Assembly (NCBI GenBank): GCA_011109175.1 | Contig: RDEW01000001.1 | Location: 2,235,485-2,299,484 of the forward strand | Direction: 5' to 3' | DNA length: 64,000 bases | Origin: Dicyema japonicum | Taxonomy: Eukaryota > Animalia > Dicyemida | Shown: one piece after another, positions 27,801 through 40,800 of the stretch | Position numbering within the stretch: position 1 is the stretch's first letter | Layout: each line of letters opens with the position of its first letter | Notes under the pieces: model-generated | The model's input: only the letters and a program-made list of their open reading frames with translations | The model's database searches: none | Told to the model about the DNA's origin: nothing | Made by a program: the position numbers and the translations under genes

Positions 27801-30329
27801 TAGCAACAACAACCATTAACCAGAAACGTGTTTTTTAAGTCAACTCATAAATAACAATAAAATCCTTTATAATAAGTGTTGAGATTTTCTACAACTTCAG
27901 ATTCTTCTATATTAAAACTTTCTGGATTTTCGAGAACTGATTCCACAACAGTGGTGAATCCAGGAATACCACGATATCCTTGGAATGGAATAACCTCGAC
28001 AAAAATCTAATTTACGTCATATTATTTCAGTGGCAGTACAGACTGCATATATCGCGGTATATAACCACCATACGAATAACTCCTCTATTAATAAAGCAGA
28101 ATCTTCTTACACAAAAATCCTCAAAAGCATTGTGTCTACAAAAGCGTCATGGATCTCTTTGGCAATTATCCGCATCTCAACACGAAATTATTCACAAACT
28201 TAAGTACTGATTAAGTAATCACTCTCGGCGCTTGCGACAGATTTTAAGCGTTTAATTTTATTTTTGACATTGATTGACATTGACGAATATCGCTTGTGGC
28301 TCGACTTTGCTTGCGGCTCAGCACATTAAAAAACATTGGAGATGGCAGTTCAACGTTAGACAGAGACAAAATTATCGCTGGAGAACTAAATCGCTGGATA
28401 TCCTGTGCAACTGGAACCTCTTACAATCATTCATTATGTCGAAAAATAAAAAATACATGGTTTTAAACACCACGTTTGTCGACGTCTTCTCATTTTCTAA
28501 CCTACCATTGACAGCTACTCATTCAGGATCAGCCACAAATAGTACAAAACTCTTTAAAAGAAGAAAAATGCATTTGATCTAAATGCTACCACAATTGAAA
28601 CCACATTGTAATCAATTTTGACTAATTACGTTATAATGTGTTTCCACTGTAATATTTAATCACATTTAATAGACCGTGGTTAGTTTTATAAAGTTAACAT
28701 TATCTCAACAAATGGAATGCACACAAGAACGACTAATGAATATAATCATGAAGCTGCCACATTTGATCTCACAAAATGACACCAAGAAATTGGTGGATAT
28801 ACCGAAAATCAATCCCGAATTAGGGAATCTGATAATTGTAATGTAAAATACTGATCTTTTAGAATGTTGGACTCTGGGGACTTCTTCCCTTTATCGTTGG
28901 TTTTGTTCTCGTTATTATTATCAACGTCTATTTTTGTTTTGCTAGAGGATCCAAGAAATTGGGAAAGATTCAAAAAGTAATATCTCTGACAACGTTACTT
29001 GGAGTCACGTGGCTGTGTTCATTAATTTTATAGAATCCTCTTGACTTATTCGGCTGTCTCTGTATTGGAAATCAAAAAACAAAACAAAAAGTTACAGAAG
29101 TCATACACTTCATTTATCCAGAAATTTGACAAATTTTCCACACTTATAGTTTTCATTGATTATTAAAATTAGAATAATAACTCGGTATTATTCGATGAAA
29201 ATATGGAAAAACTAAAAATAAAGGTTAAAGCTATAGAAAACTCATCTGACTATAAAGATTTGGTCGCGGTAACAAATAATAACTTTTTGAAAAGCGTTAT
29301 GGGGTCCCTAAACGATACTAAAAATCCGATAGCGAATATACACGACAATTTGTCTGCCTTCAATTTTTCTCAATACGAAGACACAAGAAAACTGATTGAT
29401 TCCACGATAGAAAAATACATGTAATGCTTTGATTCATTCAGAATTCCAACTTTGAGATCAATCTACTCAATCGGAGCACTTTTCTCACTAATTTTAGTGA
29501 TTTCTTCATCTTCTAGGAAAGGCAGCTTAATAAAATTGTATTTTAATCTTTATAATTCTCAGCTGTTCAGGAATTTTAATTTTTCTGTCTCTAATTTTTC
29601 TGATTTTGTCAAGTGTACTTTTGGGAGTTCCTATGGTCTGTTTTTTGGATAACTTAGATTTTGTCGGTTGCTTGTCCTCAGATAAAACCTTTCGTCAAAA
29701 ATTTGGGTAATTTGTTTGTGCATGCTAGGTATTCCATATGTCGCGGATATTATTGACTGTGATCCTAATAAACCAAACCCAATTGTAAAAAATAATTTTG
29801 TATTTTTAGATGGAAAACATTTCCAATATCAACATCACCAATGTTATCCCTCAATTAAATGGTGGTTGTGTTAACGTTACGCCCCCTATTTTAATAAAAT
29901 GCCAGAATGTTGATAATCAATTAATAGTTATGATGGGTCATAGTTTAGAGTCTCCGTGTTGACGCAACGAATTTTTCGAATCGGACGATAGTAGGTCTCA
30001 AAACTAGTTTAAATGTTGTGTTTGGTTGTGATCAACTTCCTCAGACAATTAATGAATTTAAGTGCGTATTTTGCACCAAATTTGCGTATTAGAGTTCATA
30101 ATTTTGTAGAAAAAGTCTTTTCCAGGTTGGATTCTTCTCTTCTATCGGATCCATTGTGTTATTGTTGTTCATGTTTCATATTCCAACCTTCAAAAAAAGT
30201 CTTCTTGTCAATAATTAGTTTAATTATAATTTCTCCACTAATTTAATTCGGTAATTAATTTCTATAAATTCAAATAAAAGTACTCTCTAAACAGTGCAAC
30301 CAGAAAATCTAATAAAGTACTCTCTAGAA

Positions 30330-33300
30330 CAGGGGTGTCAAACATGCGGCCCTCGACAAGCATAAGTGCGGCCCGATTTAATGTCTATAAAACAAAAAAA
30401 TCATTTTGTTATTTTTTACATTCAATTAAATTTTTTATAGTATTTTTAAATCTTGTTTCAATGTCACGTGCTTCTTCTGGTACTAAGAAACGGTGTTTGA
30501 AGATGAACGGAGATAAATGGAAACTTGTATATTTTTGCACAACGTTTGATGTAAAAATACATTGTTTGATATGTAGCCAGTTTATCACTATACCGAAAGA
30601 ATACAACCTAAAAAGGCATTACCAATCTAACAATCGATCATGCAATTATTTCGAAGGTATTATGTTGCTTATTAACCAAGAAGGTCCAATACGTGTTTTA
30701 AAGGTAAATGAATTGCGAAAAGATTTAACTAAGTTACAAACTAATTTCACAAAACATCATAAACGAAATACTGCTTCAGTTATTGCAAGCTATGAAATCA
30801 GCAGAATGCTTGAAGTGAATTTTGCGATGGTGATTTCATCACACAATGTCTTGTAAAAATAGAAAAAAATTTGTCCAGACACCGCCCACTTGTTTAAATA
30901 AACTGCTGATAGATATGAATAATCAGTTCAGCGACATTTTTTATACTCCAATGCGCTGGTTATCGCTTCACAAAGTTGTTAATAAATTTTATTTGTTGTG
31001 ATTTTTTGGTTGAGGTGGTGACGTCCCTCTATAGCACATATGTCTTTCTCACGTCTAATATCTAACTGCCTTTTTTCTGTGGGTACCCTGAATGTAAGAG
31101 GACTCAATCCAACATACAAGAAGCTTCAGCTGTCACGTGATTTGGATCACTATAAGGTATCAGTATGCTGCCTACAGGAAACAAAAATAACTGACAACAC
31201 ATGCATGCGGGTGGGAAATTATCATTTGATTACCCTTCCAACAACGTCACTATGGACTTGGATTTGCTATTCATCACACATTGTATAGTCGTATATCTCG
31301 GATGTGGGTCGTTACAGACAGGATTGCGGTACTGCAAATCCGGTGGGGAAGCAAACCAAACTCTACAGTGACAATCATCAACATATACGCCCCGACTGGA
31401 ATCAGGGCATCTGCCAATCCAGAAGAACTAGACGAATTCTACTCCGCCCTCATAAGGGTTTACAACACTCTCAGTTCTTCATATTTTTGCTTAATTGCCG
31501 GGGACTGGAATGCCAAAGCAGGAAAAGCCAGATCTGGAGAAACTTGTATCGGATCTCATGGAAGAAATCGGCGAAACACGCCCGGAATGGCATTAATCCA
31601 CTTTTGCACTTCCTTGGATCTGTTTTTGTGCAATACGGCATTCCGTCACCCAGCGAGACACAAGACGACGTGGACTGGAACTAGGAAGGATTTGCAAGGA
31701 AATTACATAAAAATATATAATCAAATTGACTAAATACTATGCAGACGAGGTCACAAACATCTCCTCGTAGACTCCAGGTCATATGGAGGATTAGAAACAA
31801 ATAGTGATCATAAAATTGTGGTTACCGCATTGGACTATACAAAGTCCATAACCAAATGAAAACACCTTCCAATAAAAAGCAGGAGCAATTTGATATCCAA
31901 TTATTACATGACAAGTCAACTCAACAGAAATATGCGTATCAACTAAATCTTGAACTTAATGATATCGACGAAACTAAACCTGTTCATATTATTTGGGACA
32001 AAGTCGATAAAAGGTACAGCATGTGATGTGTTGGGAAGTATTACAAAACCCCGTAAATTTTACAATCATGATATTTGCGTCCTATCAGAAAACCAGAAAG
32101 CCTTGAGATTGAAGATAGAAAACTCAAGGTCTCCAGAAAAGGCCAAGGAACTTCGGCAACAACGAAACCGAACATTATTAAAAATCAAGCAAACTCAGAA
32201 ATCCCTAACGGCTAAAGAAATAGAAAAACAAATTGAAGACATTGAAAAATATAAAGATGGAGTGAAAATGTTCAAAGCTATTCAATTAATAAGAAAAAGA
32301 GTGCAAGCCCCATAATAATCAATGACATCCTTGGCAGAATAATTATCGATGAAAAGGACAAAGCAGCTACTATATCTGCTTATTACTATCATATGCTCAA
32401 CTGGGACAACGAAATAGGCTATAAATTTGGTGCACAAGTCAAGCATGGTTTGGACATCCCAATAAACACACAAGAAACACTGGATGCAATTAAAAAATTG
32501 AAAAATGACAGATCGGCAGGACCAGAGAATATCCCAGCCGAACTTATAAAGTATGCTCCAGTGAAGTTGGTAACAATCATTACCAATATACTCAACAAAA
32601 TATTTGAAGAAAACACTACGTTAGACATTGGCAAGGGTTGGTTAATTCCACTGCAAAAACCGGGAAAACCCAAAGGGCCCCTTTCCAACCTAAGACCAAT
32701 CATCCACTAACTACGCTGCGAAAAATCTTGTCAATCATTACATTGGAAAGAATCAAAGACAAGGTGGAGTATTTTCTGTCACCAGGACAAAGTTGTTTCC
32801 GGTCAGGCAGATCCACATTTGGACACACAGATGGTCAAGTGCTCTATGCCAAAAATATAAAACGTGCATAGATATTATCGGAATAGACATGTCCAGAGCG
32901 TTTGACTCAGTTCATAGAGGCAAACTTCTTGAAGTACTCACAAGCTTCCTAACAACGGATGATCTCAAAATTATACAAAAACTACTGCAGAATACGCAAC
33001 TAGCAACCAAACTCGAAAAAACCACTTCAGAATTCTTTTATACTTCACGTGGAATTCCGCAAAGAGACTCTTTGTCACCACTTCTATACATAATCTACCT
33101 GGAGGCGGCACTAAGAGATTTCAGGCCTTTAATTGAAAACAACAAAATAATCGAGTTAATATATGCAGACGATCTTGACTTTGTTTCTGAAAATGTTGAA
33201 ATTCCTTATCACGTTCTCAAGAACTTACCAAATGTCTTTTCTAAATGGTTCTTAGTTGTCAACAAAGACAAAACTGAATATACAATACTTGTACAAGTTG

Positions 33301-34439
33301 TACGCACTTACGATGAACCATTGAAAAGGCATAAAAAAGTTGGTTCACTACTTGGATACTCAGAAGATGTTACCCACAGAAAAATCTTTTCCACTGCTGC
33401 ATATAAAAAATTCTTAACTATCTGGCGTTCTAAGAAGAGCATAAGTACGAATACAAAGCTAAAATTGTATAAAACATTCATGTTTCCAGTCCTGACATAC
33501 AACTGTGGGACATGGGGGATTACGAAACGGGAAATGGACAATCTGGATCAATTTCATAGAAATCAACTAAGAAACATCTTGAGAATACATTTTCCGAAAA
33601 AGATATCAAATTCAGAACTGTACAAGGCCATTATCAGAGGAGATTCTCAAGGCTAGGTGGAGACTTTTTGGTCACATCTTACGAATGGATATGTTGACTC
33701 CACCAAACATTGCAATGGAGAACTATTTCGCACAACTGAAGGGATCATTCCGTGGCAGGCCTAGAGTGACGTTGCCTTCAGTACTAAATGATGACCTAAT
33801 CCGAATAAACAAAACTATACGAAATGGTGAAGATCTTGACTCACTACGAGCAATGGCCCGGAACAGGGGAACATGGAAGATGATGTGTGGGAGGATACTG
33901 GACGTGGTACAAGGGGAACTTAATTAATCTAATTAATTTTTGATTTCCCGGGAGTGCTTAAAAAAAAGGCCAAACACGGACAAAATGAAAAGCAGATGAG
34001 ACTTACAAATGGAACTATTGGAGATCCAATCAGATTCTTTAAAGCTAAATATTTGGAGGTTGGAATACCTGCTTTCTTTTCATATCTTCCTGGAAAGTTT
34101 AAAAACTATGAAGTTAGTGACAAAACTCATTGCTATGTTTAATTCGACATATGTGTGTGAACAGATTTTTTCATTTATGAAATTGACGAAAACTGCCCAA
34201 AGAACAAGACTCATGAAAATTTATCCGCTTTAATAAAAGTCGGAACTACACGAATACTCGAGCCTGACATAGTATCCAAAAAATAAAATTAAAGGGTGGT
34301 AATTAAATGATTAAGTTTCTCTTATTTTTGGTTTTCATTATAATAAATAAATTATTAAAAATAATATTTCAGAACTAATCTTCCCTTGATGAGAAACTAT
34401 TATAAATTAGGCTCGAAGCGAAATGAGTCTGACACCCTG
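30330..34439 (+). mobile_element. hAT (Charlie/SPIN, GTF2IRD2-like) transposon, internally deleted, carrying an RTE LINE insertion
   Basis: TIRs CAGGGGTGTCAAAC / CAGGGTGTCAGAC. TSD CTCTAGAA/CTCTATAA (7/8), matching the NTCTAGAN Charlie target. Motifs CLIC...KEYNLKRHY, MRWLS and MFNSTYVCEQIFSFMK. Confidence 0.9.
31000..33940 (+). mobile_element. Near full-length RTE-like LINE (APE + RT), with stops and frameshifts
   Basis: GTLNVRGL, CLQETK, NIYAPT, GDWNAK, NQID, SDHK, GPENIPAELIK, IDMSRAFDSV, YADD and RGRPRVTL. Confidence 0.93.
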
Positions 34440-34659
34440 CTCTATAAAGTACAAACTGTGAAGAAATCAACTCTAGGTCGTGAAAACACATGTGATTAGA
34501 CTTTGCGTTGCCAGGGGACTTTCTTCTCAATTCATGCAAGATTTTTATAGAATCCTTTATTCGTCAGTTATGGAAATAAAGAAGTAATTATAATGGATTA
34601 TAGAAAAATTAGTACAATTAAAGTGATATGGCCGATATTCTCCCTATGAATCATAAAAA

Positions 34660-36939
34660 TCAGCAGAAACTTGTTTTTAGTCTTCTAAAAGATTTTAAGT
34701 GATTAGATGAAGGTAATTTTCCTCTAAAAGAACGTGAAAAGAGTAACTTGTATAGAATATAAACTGTAAGATAAACAGTTAGGACTACTAGTATTCCGAA
34801 AAATGAGCCAACTCCAACAGAAACTTTGTCATATGTTTTTTCTGAAATAATAGCAGTAAATTGAACGAATAAATTTATCTGAAACTGTTTTATTGGTTGT
34901 AGGTTGAATGGTAGTCTGTGATGATGAACTCGGTTGATTGGTTGTATAACAAACAGGAATATTGTATTCACTGCAGTATTCAGTTCTCCACGTTCCATTC
35001 ATTAGAACCACGATACAGGCAAGTTCTTCATCAAGAGGAAGAGGCTGATCAACCCCCCAATTTGGAGTTATCTAAATATATGACAAAAATAACGGGAGTG
35101 GGATCATCATTCCAAAGAAGTGTCGTATCATTCCACAGTAAGCGGTGATCAATATAAAACCCCTTAAACAAAATTTCTAAATGTGAAAGATCACGTACCA
35201 TTTAGGATAGAATTAACAATATTCTGAGAGATGGGAGTGATTAAAGTTTTGTTTTGCTGATGACAAAGATGATGGGCTTCATAGAAGGTCATTGGCATTG
35301 CATATATGTAAACACTATATTTTCCAATATTTATATTTTTTATAAATTCTTGTTTCACTGATAAATTGATAAAACAGTAAACGGTATTTATGGTTTTTGC
35401 AGTCGGATATTGCATTCCTCTCGACATCTACAAATAAATGCACGAGGACTTTCGTTCGCCTTCTTAATACATGCAAATTTCGAAGGGTAACATTCATCAT
35501 TAGTCCATCTTCCACTTTTAAAGTTCTGGTAGACACATTTCTTGTCATTGCTTTCAATTGGGTATCCATCAGCCCAGTTGGTGTAATTCTTGGAGTAATA
35601 TTAAAATTAACTGAATAAACTAGATTATTTGGGGATAAGACCCCCTCACAAAGTATTCCCCAAAATTAAGCTGGATTGAATAATCGACATTTTCTTTCAT
35701 TAACATTAACTTTTACCAGAAAAAATACAATTTTCCACAGAACTCCTTGCCACGTAAATGATTGCTTGCCGGTAATCGCAAATGTCCTTAGCTTCGGTGT
35801 ACGAGGAGTCAATGTCAAAAATATAATAAGTGGAATGATTGAATGAAAAAATTTGTGAAAAATAATCTACATTTCGCGATGAATATACATTTTCTGTTTG
35901 TAGAGTTGCAAAAGACATATTTTTGGTTGTCATGAATTTCGTCGGTCTCACATGCGAAATGTGATAAAACTCCGTCGCAGGCTGAACTCTGAAACTCTCC
36001 ATTCAAGTTCGACCTCACAACGCACTCCTTGGAAGTAGGGTTATTATCACTCCAAGGTAAATATTTCTATAATTTATATTCACACATAAAACAGCCACGT
36101 AATTTTTGTCAGTCCAAAAAGTAAACCTATCATTCGTTATTCCGACAAAATTGTTCCCCGAAAAGTAATCTACAAGAATCACACCAAATTACCGTGAAAT
36201 GCACAATTTTCGTCTCCGTCATTAGGAATAAATAAATACCCATTGTGATCATTATGGCATATTCTTCTAACCATTCCATGGTCTCGATTTGCCTGATATA
36301 TGTAATATGTATGGCGACGGTAAGTCAAGACATAGTCTGGCTGTACTATTTACGTGTTACCCCAAATTTACTGTTTATTAGTTTTCCTTCGGTTACATTT
36401 ATTCCATTTGTGGAAATTCCATCTAAAAGTTCATTCCTCGGATACCCTGCTCGCAAATGTAATAACCTTGTGCATCTCCACGTAATGGATACCATTTGCT
36501 GCTAGCAGCATCTAATTGTGCGAAGCTGTCCCTCGACGATGGACTAAATTTCCAATTTGTGTATTTCTTGTTTTATCAAACGTTAATATTACCAATTCTT
36601 GACTAGTATGGTAGCTTACCCATTCATCTTTTCTATAAGGTTTTTTCACTCCAATAATGTGGTCGACTCTAAGACTGCCTATAAAATATCAATCTTGGTT
36701 ATTATACTTGCAATTGCAGTATTTTCATTTTCATCAGTTATGTCAATAGGGTACTGATTACCACTACATCTGTATGCAATGTTGTATGGATGTGATATTT
36801 TATCAGAAGAAGGAGTATATGAGTGATTGTTGTAATTATAGACCTCATTTTGTTTGGAATCTGAAATAATTATGAAATTTGTACTTCCAAAAGAAGATAA
36901 AATAGTTATAATTTCACAAATCATTAGACAAGTCAACAA
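34660..36939 (-). CDS. Multi-C-type-lectin-domain type I membrane protein (mannose-receptor-like architecture), frameshifted
   Basis: Hydrophobic N-terminus, then four CTLD-like units (e.g. SYTEAKDICDYRQAII, TFYEAHHLCHQQNKTL, CVYQNFKSGRWTNDEC...FACIK, CLYRGSNEWNVE.CSEYNIPVCY). Then an S/T-rich stalk, a TM helix (VGVGSFFGILVVLTVYLTVYILY) and a short basic tail. Confidence 0.75.
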
Positions 36940-37184
36940 ATCGTTATTTCACAATTTATTTTATACTTGCGTCCATTATTGTTATTAATGTCTCTGTAAT
37001 TTAAATATTTGTCAAATTCCTTAATATTTCAGTTATTCATTACTATTGTAGATAATATAGATATTTCATATTTTAATTGAGTTTCTAGTAGGAATACAAA
37101 ATGAGATTCGGTTTTAAATTAATTATGGATAAAACATTGTTGTATCCCATTTGGGTATAACAATTGTCTCAATAAAAAAATCAA

Positions 37185-37300
37185 TAATGCGGAACACATA
37201 TGCACGCATATAGTCACACATATAGAGACGAATGCATGCACAAATACGCACGCTTATAGACACGCACATATGTGCACATAGAAACGCATATAGATTGGCA
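37185..37300. repeat. Degenerate alternating purine-pyrimidine (CA/TA/CG) low-complexity tract
   Basis: acacatatgcacgcatatagtcacacatatag...gcacatatgtgcacatag. Confidence 0.6.
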
Positions 37301-37863
37301 TAAATAAGATAATTATACAAAAAAATTTAAAACTAATAAATTTATAGTTGGTTACACAAATAACTTAAACAAATATTTTTATTTAGGAATTACTCTATCG
37401 ACCTCAAACAAAGAATAATCTTAAATATTGGAAGCATTTTTAATAACCACACAAAATCATAAAAACACACTTGAATTCTAAGAATGAGAAAAAACTTAGG
37501 AATAGAATTCTTAAGAATGCAAATACAACCTTTATTCAGAAAACATGAAGAACTGCATTATAAAAAGTCAATTTCCCAATATTCACACAAACTAATCATA
37601 CACATTTACACACGTGTGAGAATGCAATCTAATTTCAATCTTAAAAATAGGAAACAGTCTATAAATGAAGCAATCAAATATGTGTTTTATTTATTTCCCC
37701 TCTGTCTTTTCGAGTTAAGGAGGCTATCTGATATGGGGGAGAGCTAAAACTGGAAATGATTATGGGGTTTTGCAACAGAAAACCTAATAGAAATGAAAGC
37801 TAATTTATTGAAAATGACAAATATTCCTGAATTATATTTATAATAAAGAAAAGGATAATAATT

Positions 37864-40800
37864 TTAATGAAAGCCATTTACAATACCATTATGATATACA
37901 GGAAATAACTGACACAAAGCATGACCAACGGGCATTCCAACATAAATTTTAATCATTTCCTTTGAATAAACACAAATATTACATCAAACACACGTTGAGA
38001 GGACACCAACATAGATAATATATTTCTGGCTGACTTGGATAGTCTAGCCTTACTACAACAGACAATGACATGAGGTAACATATCAGCAATAATATAAGTT
38101 GGGAGAATGCAGTCATTCAATAAAAACGCAAGTCCCTGTAATGTAAACACCCTGGCAGTGATAAATCTTGAATTTATGTTCTAAATATACCATAAATATA
38201 CATTATAGAGTGTCTGTAGGAATCGTGAGTTTATAACTCCAGTAAGCTTATATTGGTGACGTAACAGAATGGGAATCATCCTAACAGCAACTAGTTTTAT
38301 ATTTATCTAAATTAGCAGACAGCCAACCTCCTTATCCACATAACACGAAAACAGAGTAGAATTCATGATAGTCCTGAAGAATATGTTTAGTCTACGCATA
38401 TCACGTCTTATAAGCCAATAAAGAGCTCTTAGTCTAAACTCCTTCTGTGGAATAATACACTTATAAGTTTCCTTTATATCTAGGAATAAGACTACCACGA
38501 ACATGGAATCAAATATTCCTTTACTGCCTTATGAAGCTGAACATCGTGAAAATAGGAAAATAAGAGTCCCATAAATTGAGCCGCTCTTTTTTGAATGACA
38601 TGACAAGTATTAAACTCGTATATTAGCAAACTCTCTTGAATGAAAACCAAAGTATTAAATGGGAAATTAATATGTCTTTCAGCAATAGCAGTAAAAGCAC
38701 TCAGAATAGACCCCCTTCAATATTGCAAACACACAACCTGACATCAAGACTCGAAGTCTCCTCATACGACTCAACAAGACAGTTAGCCATTTCATACGCA
38801 TAAGGATCGACCTGAATAGCCTCTCGAATACATCTCACAGTCTTTGTACGAACACAAGCATTAGGGTCAAATATAGTCGTATTTAAAGTCTGTCTTATTA
38901 TAGACATAAAGTAATATGGTATATCCTCCCCAATTCTCTTAATAAGGAGTCTCAATAAATCAAACAATATAAGTTTGCATCTCACAAAGGGAGTAACAGT
39001 GATACAATGAATGATGGGTAAAAATAGATATTCTGCAGAATATAAAAGTGATTCGTCGTCTGTGTGGTTAATAATATCAATCATGATAAGACTATAAATA
39101 CCAGCACATTGACTACTGGGTGTTAGTAGAATAATTTTAAATAAGGGCATAAAACAGTGAATTCCCTATGACTAATAATAATAATAACTTTAAATGGAAT
39201 ACAAAACCCAGGAATTTTGTTTTTATATTGTTTCATTTTAGTACTAACAAGTAGTCTCAACAAAGGTAATGACCTGGAAATGTCCCTCACATTAATATTC
39301 TATAATAAATTAAATAATAACCAGAATGAACATTTTCATGGAACACCAAGCATAGTTGATGATCGTAATATCATAATCACACATGTATTCCAATATAATA
39401 GTAAAAACACTAATGGCCAGTCTGGGTTTGTCAAACCCTGCAGAGCAACAGAGAGATCCAACCAGACGAACATAACAAAATTTGATTTTAAAGTCGTGTG
39501 GTCGATGTGAAGACATTATAAACGAAACTACGTCAACAGAACTCTTAAAATCCTCCAATCCCCTTATCATAGCCTCATACATTTCCATTCTCTAAAATGA
39601 CCCAACAACAAACAGAATCAAAGTTGTCAGTGTTAACCAAATCTTCAACAATACTATTGAGTATTTGTCTAGAATGTACACCAAAACTAATGGGTATGTA
39701 ATGAGAAAGCTCAACCAATGAATCTAGATCAACAGAATCCCCACATAACTAAATAAAATCTACAGACAAACCAAAGGTATCACAAACATAGGTATAATGT
39801 CCTTACAGAATTTCCCAAGCTTACTAACAACATGATAAAGTCTGGGTGACTTTGAGGATATCTTTATTATATTCCAAAACTACCATAATATTCGAAAGAG
39901 AAGGAATAATCATATTAAGTGCAATATTCCCAACAGACCCATAAAACCTAAAAAATACCATAATAGCTGCTTCATTCACGTGTTCATCACAACTTTCGAA
40001 AGCCCTCATTAGAGTATCCACAATCTCATTAGACATAGCAATAGCATGTTCAGAGGGTACAACAGAGATAATATGTTCTAATGATGCAAGAACAGCAACA
40101 GAGGAATCTTCACAAAATCTATGACAAACAAGTCCACTAATAAAGTCGTGTTTAACTTTACTCATTTTTATACAAATGTCATCAAGTGATAGTAGTGTCG
40201 TCTATTTATTACTAAACGACTACTTTATTATTGTGACCTTTCATAACCATAATATTTATGATTACATTGTATAGTGTTGGCATAATCTTTATAAGAATAG
40301 ATGTTGTGTCTACCACAAACACATTCCAAACTCTGTTAGCCACGTGGGCAACCTGACATGCTCCATCAAAACAATTAATATAAACTGCAGAAATTACTTT
40401 CATAAAGGAATGAGAACCAAGAGAAGCAAGTAATAACTGTATTAATAATACCAAATACCTCACAATTATAGGAAGATGGGGTAATACAATCAAACAAGTC
40501 AGTAGTAGAACGTGTAGAATGAGCATAACCTACAATAATTATATGAAATACCAATTAGATGACAAAATAGTCTCCCAATAATATAAAGAGACCCACATCT
40601 CACATGGACATTATCACTAAATAAAACTTGTTCAATCTGTGGGAGAATCAAATCCAAGTGATCTGTCCCATATATAAATATAATGCAGGCTAGTACTCCA
40701 AGACTGGTATTCTTTAGCTCTGTGGAATCATTAGAGAATATCTATATAAAATACAATAATACATTAAGTAGAGAATCCAATATTGGTGGAATAAAAGGAA

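Noticed and set aside
27930-29900. Several 66-102 aa ORFs and CAGTGG...CCACTG possible termini
   Set aside because: No family motif, TIR match too short and no TSD.
37484-37747. Small ORFs here and the many ORFs antisense to GCN1, KDM6 and the LINEs
   Set aside because: Shadow or chance ORFs in AT-rich DNA with no independent support.
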